A stretch of 64,000 nt of DNA from an uncultured virus (IMG/VR IMGVR_UViG_3300029305_009042) (lineage: Duplodnaviria > Heunggongvirae > Uroviricota > Caudoviricetes): the IMG/VR virus record IMGVR_UViG_3300029305_009042; one strand, given 5' to 3'. Below the pieces are notes generated by a model. The model saw only the letters and a program-made list of their open reading frames with translations, was not told the DNA's origin and did no database searches. The position numbers and the translations under genes were made by a program. Numbering within the stretch: position 1 is the first letter of the stretch; each line of letters starts with the position of its first letter. Shown here piece after piece: positions 18,911-27,103 of the stretch.

Positions 18911-21900
18911 TGAACGGGCAGTTAAGATTAACAACGGGGATGCCACTCCGGACGAAATTACTGCGTTTATAGAGGCAGTGTCGCAATGTGATGAAGATAC
19001 CCTGGACCTCGTCCGGGGTGTTACTGCTATTCAAAAGGCACTCGATGACTCGACTGTCCAAGCGGAGGCCACTGCGCAAGGTGTTGATTTGCGCAATGCC
19101 GACAGTGATGAGCTTGATCTATCTGTATCGGATGAGCCGGTACAGGGCATGCCGGAGGGCGATACTGCCGGCTCTCCTGCGGATATGTCTATTTCCTCTG
19201 ACAAGTTACAGCCCTCGGTTGAGCCGGCCCCCTCGGCAGAGAACACAAAACCCGATAATAAACCTTCAACGTCTGCAGCCTCGTTCGAGGCTACCATAGC
19301 TCAAGCTAAGGCCAAAGCATCTAAGATCAAGGACCAGTTGCCCCACGTAATAAATGACTGGCGGCCCCGCGTAATAGAAAACCTGCTGTCGTCGCTGCCC
19401 GAACAGCCACGTCAGGTTTTCGAAATGCTTAATGACGAGCTTGAGGATCTACCCGATGGAATTATGCCAGAGTCCTTATTGTTCACGGCCGTCCGACGGG
19501 CAGGCGTGGATGTTAATATGCTGCCCTCTCAGCTTTCGGACAATCCGCTTCGTGTTCTGGCTGCCATTGTGCCGCACCTCGATGAGCAGATAGCCGAGTT
19601 GACGCACGGGAATAGCGACTGGTTAAACCACAAGGAGTACGGCGACTATCGAACAAAGCATCAGAAACAGTATGCGTCGCAGCTGTTGCTGGATACGATC
19701 CCGATGGCTTTTTTCGGAGACAATGTAAGTCAGACTTTCACTCGTCTGCATACACTGGCGCAGACGAATGGAATGAAAAACGAAGAATTCCTGAATCAGC
19801 TGGCCGACGTCTACACTCCCGAAGCACTTCAGGATCCGATGAAGGGTGCCCGCACACTGATCGGCAACCTGAATAAGTGGGCAAAAGATAACAATAAAAA
19901 AGTAGACTTCTCGAAAGCAGCAGTAGAGTCAGGTATTGACGCACTGCCTTCCTTTTTACGTGTGCCTGCGCAATGGATCGCAGATACGGCGCACAGTACG
20001 TTTGGCACAGGCTACGATACCCTGCTCGGTGTAGGCAGCTGGTTCGGCAGCATGGCAGGTGACGTAAAAAATGCCTTCGGCGAACTCTTTTCACTGGAAT
20101 CCAGATACAACACCAGTACAGCCCTGGATGAGCAGATTTTGAATCGAATGCTCGTCTGGAACCGCGCAGAAGCCCTAGGTGATGTATCGGAACGGCAGAC
20201 ACAAGCCGGAATGCGTAATATCCAGCAGCTGGCAAAAAAACTGAATATCGATCTGCATGACGACACTGCCCGGCAAATCGTTCAGATCTATAACAGCCCT
20301 ATGACAAAGGCGCTGCGGCAGCAGATGCTGACGCAGATCGCGGCCACGAAGCCTGAATACAAGCAGATCCTGCAAAACATAGACGAAATGGCTTCCTCTT
20401 TGTTTGTAGGACCCCACGGGGACTACGCAGGACTTTATGATACAGCGGTAGACGGTTCCCTGTCTACTGAAGCCATGCTGATGTTCGGACAGTTCGCACA
20501 GCTGGCAGCCGCAGGACCTACCCGGGAAAACGCGTGGGCAAAAGCAGCAGACTATCAAGAAGCCCTCACGGTTATGCGCAACACAGGACTTCAGACAGAC
20601 CGCTATGTGCTTCGGGGAGATACGGATGTCCTTCGCGGGATCAAACGGCTCTCTGAAGCGCAGAAAAAACAGTTCACACGTCAGATCGAAAGTGCAGTGC
20701 TTTCAGATATGCTGGATGCTAACAACTTTCATGGTGATAAGCTATATAACGACGACGGTACACTCAAAGATGAGAACTTCGTTATGCGTTACTACGATGC
20801 AGAAGGAAAGCTCATCACAGAGGACGAATGGAAAAATTTGCCTGAAGATAAGGGAAGAACGTCTTCCAATATCGCGGAGAACGAAGTAACATCCGCAAAA
20901 GAAGCCTCTGCGCAGGCAGTACGAGACTTACTATCCGAGATAACCCGGGCACCATCAGATACCGACGCCGTACAGCTGCTACGACAGTATGCCCAGGAGT
21001 CAGGCACATCCGCAGCAGAGCGGGCTAGAAAGCATGCAGCTCAGAAAATTATTGCATTTGCAGGCGGTGCTGCGTTGGAAACAGATGTCGCTGAACGGCT
21101 TCGGGATTTAAGTGCCATCCAGACAGCTGCACAAGGGTTGTCGGACTTCGATAAATTCTTCAAGCCTGGTCAGGAACTTGAAGCCGCGCAACAGTTCGCA
21201 CAACTGCTTGGAAGCACGAATTTGAATGCTGAAAATGCAGCAGAACAAGCCAGCAGGAACATACGCTGGACGCAGGCTAATGATATAACGCTGGAACGCA
21301 CTGTCTCCATAGCACAGGCAGTAGGACAGCAGCTGCAAAAGCTGGGCGTGTCCTCCGAAGAAATTGGAAGGGCTACGGAATTTGCTCAAATGCTGCACTA
21401 CAGTAATATGCACTCCGGAAGTTCCACGGATTTCGATCCAAATCGCAGTATGGCACAGTCCGCACAAGTCGCTTCCAGGATCTTTGCCTCGGACTATATG
21501 GAAAACGCCGCCTGGATCCTAAGTCAGGACGAAGCCACACTCCAGAAACTCGGTCTCGCAGAGACCGCAAAACGTATCCGCTCCGGACAAGGTACAAAGG
21601 ACGACTACCAGCTTATTGCCGAGCGGGAAACGCTGCGAGACCGCTGGATGAATGCAGGGTATAGCTCTGAATCCTTTGATTCCCACTTCACTCGCGGGGG
21701 GCAGCAGGCTATTCGTAATAGTCTGTCCGCCGCGGATAGTCAGGCTGCCGCTATGACGGCACACCGCACCTCCAACCAGTGGAATGTACTCGAAAATATG
21801 ACAGGAGACGCTGCCCGTTACGAATGGGAAAAAGCTCTGGAAGGCAGAGTTTCCAAAGATCAGAAGACTGCCGCGATCGATGCCGCCACCGCACTCATAA

Positions 21901-22940
21901 GCACTGGCTTTACCTCTCAGGATATTAAAGAGCTGCTTTCTAACAAACGGGAACTCACCCCTCGGGAGCGCACACGGCTGCAAAACGCAGGTCAGAACGA
22001 CGTGATAGATGCACTTGAAGGTGATCAGCTGGTAGTCAATGCGATCGGTGTGGAACAAGGCATGCGGGCAGTTACAGGGCTGGCAAACATGACGCTGGAA
22101 TCTTTCGACTACACCCGTGCTCTTGATGACGCAGCCAGTCGGCGGATCGCGATGGAGGCGCACCTGAGCAGAATCCTGCCGCTCCCGGAGAATAGTACCT
22201 TGCAGGCCGCATTAGATGCCGAGGGAGGGATCCTCACGTTTGCAGCCAATCTGCTAAAAGGAAAAGGTTATGGGCTGAACGAAAAACAGATTCAAGGCTT
22301 ACTTGCTGAAACGAATACACAAGCAGGCTTGCAGACGATTCTCTTCGGTGCCAGTATCCAGAAGAGCTCCAAAGAAATGCTGCAGCTCCTGTTCGGGGTA
22401 ACAGATCCGGAGAACCTTAGTGATAAGCAGGTCAAAAATCTCGCCAGTGATCTGGGCATTTCGACCAATAATCTGTCCCGTGGAGAGGTTGAAGCTGCAC
22501 TTTTTACCGAGCTCTCGTCCCTTACCGCAGAAAAACTTCCCGCTTTAGCGGAAACGTGGGCAAATGGAGACAAACAGTCCGCCGTGGCATTATTGAAGGC
22601 TATACGGACCCTTTCTAACGCGGAAGCTAAAGAACATGTTAAAGCTAGAGCTGAGTCGGCATCGGATCCTGCTCTGGTATCGGGTACCGAAACTGCAGCA
22701 CCCAAGTCCTCTGCTGGATCTACAGGTACACCTCCTTCAGAGGCATCGCCTGCGTCAGAGAAAAACTCACCCGTGGTCCCTGCAGTAGAGACAGCCCCCG
22801 GGACTGCCGAAGCGATAACCAGTCTGCTGGGCTCAGGTATTCGCGACCTGGTGGCTAAATTCCAGGCAGAGGATAATTCAATACGTGTCGTTATCGCCAA
22901 TACCAAGGACCTTAGAGCGGAGATTGCCGGAAATGTCTAG
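18864..22940 (+). CDS. Tape-measure-like protein
   Basis: About 1358 aa, Ala/Gln/Leu-rich helical composition, between chaperone-like and baseplate genes. Confidence 0.65.
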   Translation: MAQQDDTQKLTLTQINERAVKINNGDATPDEITAFIEAVSQCDEDTLDLVRGVTAIQKALDDSTVQAEATAQGVDLRNADSDELDLSVSDEPVQGMPEGDTAGSPADMSISSDKLQPSVEPAPSAENTKPDNKPSTSAASFEATIAQAKAKASKIKDQLPHVINDWRPRVIENLLSSLPEQPRQVFEMLNDELEDLPDGIMPESLLFTAVRRAGVDVNMLPSQLSDNPLRVLAAIVPHLDEQIAELTHGNSDWLNHKEYGDYRTKHQKQYASQLLLDTIPMAFFGDNVSQTFTRLHTLAQTNGMKNEEFLNQLADVYTPEALQDPMKGARTLIGNLNKWAKDNNKKVDFSKAAVESGIDALPSFLRVPAQWIADTAHSTFGTGYDTLLGVGSWFGSMAGDVKNAFGELFSLESRYNTSTALDEQILNRMLVWNRAEALGDVSERQTQAGMRNIQQLAKKLNIDLHDDTARQIVQIYNSPMTKALRQQMLTQIAATKPEYKQILQNIDEMASSLFVGPHGDYAGLYDTAVDGSLSTEAMLMFGQFAQLAAAGPTRENAWAKAADYQEALTVMRNTGLQTDRYVLRGDTDVLRGIKRLSEAQKKQFTRQIESAVLSDMLDANNFHGDKLYNDDGTLKDENFVMRYYDAEGKLITEDEWKNLPEDKGRTSSNIAENEVTSAKEASAQAVRDLLSEITRAPSDTDAVQLLRQYAQESGTSAAERARKHAAQKIIAFAGGAALETDVAERLRDLSAIQTAAQGLSDFDKFFKPGQELEAAQQFAQLLGSTNLNAENAAEQASRNIRWTQANDITLERTVSIAQAVGQQLQKLGVSSEEIGRATEFAQMLHYSNMHSGSSTDFDPNRSMAQSAQVASRIFASDYMENAAWILSQDEATLQKLGLAETAKRIRSGQGTKDDYQLIAERETLRDRWMNAGYSSESFDSHFTRGGQQAIRNSLSAADSQAAAMTAHRTSNQWNVLENMTGDAARYEWEKALEGRVSKDQKTAAIDAATALISTGFTSQDIKELLSNKRELTPRERTRLQNAGQNDVIDALEGDQLVVNAIGVEQGMRAVTGLANMTLESFDYTRALDDAASRRIAMEAHLSRILPLPENSTLQAALDAEGGILTFAANLLKGKGYGLNEKQIQGLLAETNTQAGLQTILFGASIQKSSKEMLQLLFGVTDPENLSDKQVKNLASDLGISTNNLSRGEVEAALFTELSSLTAEKLPALAETWANGDKQSAVALLKAIRTLSNAEAKEHVKARAESASDPALVSGTETAAPKSSAGSTGTPPSEASPASEKNSPVVPAVETAPGTAEAITSLLGSGIRDLVAKFQAEDNSIRVVIANTKDLRAEIAGNV

Positions 22941-23388
22941 CAGTGTCATACAACAAACAAAACGCGGAGCCGGTGTACGTAGTGAGAATAAGGTCGGTAC
23001 CGCCGTAACCTTTCAGCTGGGTGATCCTGACCTGCGTCAGGGGTATAATCTGATGGTGCTGGATATATCCATAGCCAGTGCAGAAAACAACGTTACGATG
23101 TCTACGCTTGGCAATGACATTTATATGTACACTGCCGGGGATAAACCAGAAAGGATCACGTTATCCGGTGTGACCTGTTACGACGCCTGCTCTGAGTCAG
23201 ACGGCACCTCCGATCCGCTGATGGAACTCTACTCACAGTCCAAATCTGGTACACTAAAGAGCTGGTTCAAAATGCTGCTCAACGGCATAACATACAGGGT
23301 CTACCTTATCAAATGCACCCGTAATGTATCTTCCGTTCAGGAAGATCTGGACACGTTTCGGCTGGAACTGGTTGGAGTCAGAGCATGA
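22933..23388 (+). CDS. Tail tube initiator/baseplate junction-like protein
   Basis: Coupled to TMP stop; TLGNDIYMYTAGDKPERITLSGV tube-fold-like motif. Confidence 0.5.
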   Translation: MSSSVIQQTKRGAGVRSENKVGTAVTFQLGDPDLRQGYNLMVLDISIASAENNVTMSTLGNDIYMYTAGDKPERITLSGVTCYDACSESDGTSDPLMELYSQSKSGTLKSWFKMLLNGITYRVYLIKCTRNVSSVQEDLDTFRLELVGVRA

Positions 23389-25046
23389 GTGAACTGCATT
23401 TTTCCAATCTGCGGCTTACCATCTGGACATTGGCAGGGGACGGCGCGGTCGCGGATAGAAAACTCGGAAACGAACTTGGAGAAGCTGTTGGCGCACAAAT
23501 CGTTTATGCTGTCAACATGATCCCATCCCTAGTCCTGCGGGTACCGGCCGGGATCAAAATCACAGACCCCACACAGCCATGCAGCTACGCTGACGAGTCA
23601 CAGAGTGCTCTTCGTGCCGCCTATGCTCAGCGGACACCTGTCGCGGTTTGTCTTGAAAGCAGTCATTCTCTGGAAGGATTACCCAGCACGGACTCAGGGG
23701 AAGTTCTGTGTCTCTTTAAGGGCTACATAATCGGATGGACATCGGCACTGGGCGTGTCTACGGGGCAGCATACCCTGCACCTGACACATTGGCTGGCAGA
23801 CCTGCATATTTTTCCGGTACTGCACCGGTTGAGTTCCCCGGAAAACCCAGGGGACCTTTCCTGCAACACTCTCTTCCGTATAAACAATACCGAACCGAAT
23901 ATTTCCGCAGGACTGCCGGACGCAGTCGCGTGGAGTGCTGCGGAGCAAGCTGCTGCGAAACTGCGTTCCACGAAGCTAAGTCATCCGGGTCAGGCACTTA
24001 AAAACCTCCTGCTGAGCACACTGGATGATGTAGCTACACTGAAAAAGACAGACCCGGGCTATGTCTCAAAGGATCTGTTAAACTGTACACGCACTGCACT
24101 TGAGAAGATCGACTGCGAGCAGTATGGCACGCTACCGAATTCACTCATACCCGATACACCAGCGCAGGAGGCTCTGCGAAGAGGTATGGCAAACTGGATC
24201 AGCGCTCTCGATTACAGCGCCTGCATCGGTGTGACTATCTGGCAGAAACTGATCTCACTGTTACTGCCGGCACTTGGCCTCGGGCTGGTACCTACAGTGA
24301 ACAAAGGGTATATCGTTCCAGGGTTTGGACTGGGAGTACACCCGAAGCAGTCCCGTGTGATCCCGTTAAACATGATTACTCAGTTTCAATACCGCCGCCT
24401 GACAAACACGGTACTTGGCGGTATGATCCTGGCTGTCCGTGACGTCGAAGGAGTCAGTAAGCCCATTCCCGGCGTGTCCGCAGACGCAGAACTGACCACA
24501 TTCCGCTGCCCGCAGGAGTTGAAGCCGGGAGTGCTGAAAGGATGCTTTATGCCCGGCTGGTTGGCAGACATGCTGCAAAGTCAGTATAATACTTTTACAG
24601 GACAGCGTCCAGCCACTCTGTCCTTTGCCTCCAGAGAAGCAGTAAAAAAGGCAGAAGAGGCGGCATCGTCGGCAGTACAGGTCTCTTCCCTGGATCAGTT
24701 GTGTCAGGCATTCGTAAACACCTGCTACCTGCAGGAGATGACGAAGGACTTCTCGATCTCTGTGAAAACTCCTTTGAAGCTGGATCTCGTTCCCGGAGAT
24801 ATAGTCGCAATCCCTCTGCCGACCGCCGATCTGCAAACACGGGACACCGGCTTTGTCTACGGCACGATCCAGTTTGTGACCTGTGAGATCACAAGCAGCA
24901 GCGTCAGTACCCGCTATGTTATTAATAATCTGCGGACTGACGAGCTGCGGCAGGAAACAAACGGAATAACAACGCTGCTATATGAAGATGCCTGGCGGGC
25001 AGACTATACAGAAGCCTCACTTTATTGCAAGGAAAAAACAGCATGA
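23385..25046 (+). CDS. Putative baseplate hub protein (gp27/gpD-like position)
   Basis: LFKGYIIGW N-terminal motif and LDLVPGDIV...YGTIQFVT C-terminal motif; ATGA coupling. Confidence 0.5.
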   Translation: MSELHFSNLRLTIWTLAGDGAVADRKLGNELGEAVGAQIVYAVNMIPSLVLRVPAGIKITDPTQPCSYADESQSALRAAYAQRTPVAVCLESSHSLEGLPSTDSGEVLCLFKGYIIGWTSALGVSTGQHTLHLTHWLADLHIFPVLHRLSSPENPGDLSCNTLFRINNTEPNISAGLPDAVAWSAAEQAAAKLRSTKLSHPGQALKNLLLSTLDDVATLKKTDPGYVSKDLLNCTRTALEKIDCEQYGTLPNSLIPDTPAQEALRRGMANWISALDYSACIGVTIWQKLISLLLPALGLGLVPTVNKGYIVPGFGLGVHPKQSRVIPLNMITQFQYRRLTNTVLGGMILAVRDVEGVSKPIPGVSADAELTTFRCPQELKPGVLKGCFMPGWLADMLQSQYNTFTGQRPATLSFASREAVKKAEEAASSAVQVSSLDQLCQAFVNTCYLQEMTKDFSISVKTPLKLDLVPGDIVAIPLPTADLQTRDTGFVYGTIQFVTCEITSSSVSTRYVINNLRTDELRQETNGITTLLYEDAWRADYTEASLYCKEKTA

Positions 25047-25780
25047 TGCTCGAGCCCGAACTTCAGGATGTATACGTTCAATGGAAGAGTGACTGGAACT
25101 CCCCGGAAAACAATGCGGCACTATTAAAAAAGATCCAGCCGTGGATCGACCATGCTATTCTGGCGGCGGGAGGATCTCCTTCTAATCAGGTACTTCGTGC
25201 AAAAGCCAACATGATGGCCATGGCCTACATGCGCAAGTACGATCCGGAAACATCTAACGTTAAAAATTATCTCTATGGACAAATGCGCGGACTACATCGA
25301 GTTGTCGGAGCAGAGCAAAATATTATTCAGATCCCGGAACGCATGGCTCTGGGACAGAGAGCTATTGCAGAAGCTGAAAAGGAACTGACTGACGAGCTCG
25401 GCAGGTTCCCGTCCATGATGGAGATCGCGGATAGAACCGGGATCCCTTTGAAAAACATTCAGAAATGGACGTCCTTTGGAGGACCTATATATGAGTCGTC
25501 TATTAATAACAGCGATACCGGAAACAGTATGTATCTGCATGGAAACATTCTCGGTGAAGATAAAGCAGAAGCAGCCTGGCAGGAATACGTCTACGACAGT
25601 CTTCCTGATCGGCAGAAAGCTGTGATGGAAAGAATGCTCGGGATGCACGGACAGCCAGTCATGACACCTTCAGAAATCGCGCAAAGTTTGAAGATCTCAC
25701 AGGCTGCGGTCAGTCAGCATAAGAAAAAGATTTATGACCAGCTGAATGATGACTCCCGCTACGATTTATTTGGAGGATGA
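25043..25780 (+). CDS. Phage-encoded sigma70-family sigma factor
   Basis: Region 2-like KYDPETSNVKNYLYGQMR...IIQIPE; region 3 LTDELGRFPSMMEIADRTGI; region 4 LPDRQKAVM...TPSEIAQSLKISQAAVSQ. Confidence 0.85.
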   Translation: MMLEPELQDVYVQWKSDWNSPENNAALLKKIQPWIDHAILAAGGSPSNQVLRAKANMMAMAYMRKYDPETSNVKNYLYGQMRGLHRVVGAEQNIIQIPERMALGQRAIAEAEKELTDELGRFPSMMEIADRTGIPLKNIQKWTSFGGPIYESSINNSDTGNSMYLHGNILGEDKAEAAWQEYVYDSLPDRQKAVMERMLGMHGQPVMTPSEIAQSLKISQAAVSQHKKKIYDQLNDDSRYDLFGG

Positions 25781-25781
25781 C

Positions 25782-26207
25782 ATGCAGTATTTGAATGAAA
25801 ACTTCACACAATGGCTGGAAACTCGCTCAAAACAAGCTCAGGAGAATCAGAAAAGCATACAGGAAACTGGAGCCCGCGGCTGGTATGTTCCCTCCGAAAA
25901 GTACTCCGTACGAGAATATCACAGCAAACGCTTTGATACGGAGAAACTGCAAAAAGAATATCTGGATCAGCTGAAAGGCGGAGGAGGTCTGGCAGGTGAA
26001 ATTGCCGCGCTGCGCTTTCAGGCAGGACAAATCAGTGCCAGTGAACGTGCGTTCCTGTTAAGACATACAACTGTGCCTCGCCTGCTGGCACACGGATATA
26101 ATGAAAATGTCATAGAGACCAATGGACTCTATGACAAGTTTATGAAAGATTACCCGTCCGGAATGATCGAACAGGCAAAGAAAGTTAGAAAGATGAAAAC
26201 AGGTTAG
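25782..26207 (+). CDS. Hypothetical protein
   Basis: GGAGG RBS, 141 aa, follows sigma gene. Confidence 0.65.
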   Translation: MQYLNENFTQWLETRSKQAQENQKSIQETGARGWYVPSEKYSVREYHSKRFDTEKLQKEYLDQLKGGGGLAGEIAALRFQAGQISASERAFLLRHTTVPRLLAHGYNENVIETNGLYDKFMKDYPSGMIEQAKKVRKMKTG

Positions 26208-26335
26208 ACTATTAGAAGCCGACCCCTTCCGGCAAGAAACCGTTGCCGCCGCCCTCAGGCTGCGTCATATCTACACCCCTGGCAGCGCCTGCATTCGCCG
26301 GTTCAGCTCCTGCGCGTTGTTCGCCCCCCCTGCAT

Positions 26336-27037
26336 CTACCGATTCAGTACCGCCGCGTTGTCTCTATTCACTCCCTGCATCTGCTGATTCAGTGCCTCCG
26401 CGTTGTCCCCCCTCGCGTTGTTGTCACCCGCGTTGTTCCCCGCGTTGTTCCCTGCGTTGTTCCCCGCGTTGTTCCCTGCGTTGTTCCCCGCGTTGTTCCC
26501 TGCGTGGTTCCCTGCGTTGTTATTCTGGGCTGGGGCTGAGGGTTCTGTCTTTTGCAGGTCAAAGAACATAAAGCCAAGATTGCTCATCAGTACGAAGTCC
26601 TGCGCGTTTGCAGACACCTGCATGGAGTTCAGAAGCCCGCCGACGAACATAACAGCACTGGCCGTCGTCTCCGTGTCTCTGCAGGTACAGCCGGTAGAAC
26701 TCACCTCAAGATCCGTAGCGTTACAAACGTTAGCAAAGCCTTCAATGCTTTCCCAGATGTCTTTCGTATTCGGACCCAACACATGCTGAATTGTACCTGT
26801 GCCTTGAGGACGTCCTTCGACCAGGTAGTAGTTGGTGGTACCTACCTCATACAGCTGCTTCGTGGATTTCTGGATCTGGGCCTGGACCTGCTGAGCCACC
26901 AGGCCCTGGAGCAAGTTCTGTGCATTTCCGGTTCCCGCTCGATTGCGCGTTGTGATCTTGATCACAACGCACGACCCTGTAACGCTGTTGCCCCACTCGA
27001 ACCCGGTTCCCGGTACGATAATGGAATTCTCTGCCAT
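26336..27037 (-). CDS. Tail tube protein with C-terminal (NNAG)n extension
   Basis: Immediately downstream of sheath, AAGGAG RBS; QLYEVGT..YYLVEGRPQGTGTI tube-like motif. Confidence 0.7.
   Translation of the reverse strand: MAENSIIVPGTGFEWGNSVTGSCVVIKITTRNRAGTGNAQNLLQGLVAQQVQAQIQKSTKQLYEVGTTNYYLVEGRPQGTGTIQHVLGPNTKDIWESIEGFANVCNATDLEVSSTGCTCRDTETTASAVMFVGGLLNSMQVSANAQDFVLMSNLGFMFFDLQKTEPSAPAQNNNAGNHAGNNAGNNAGNNAGNNAGNNAGNNAGDNNARGDNAEALNQQMQGVNRDNAAVLNR
26400..26522 (-). repeat. 12-bp coding tandem repeat (GNNA, about 8 copies plus degenerate copies)
   Basis: GCGTTGTTCCC[CT] units on + strand. Confidence 0.92.
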
Positions 27038-27103
27038 ATATGATTCTCCTTGAAAGTCCGGGCGAACTGGCAACAGACCGCCCGGCATTGTCTCTTAAAT
27101 ATA

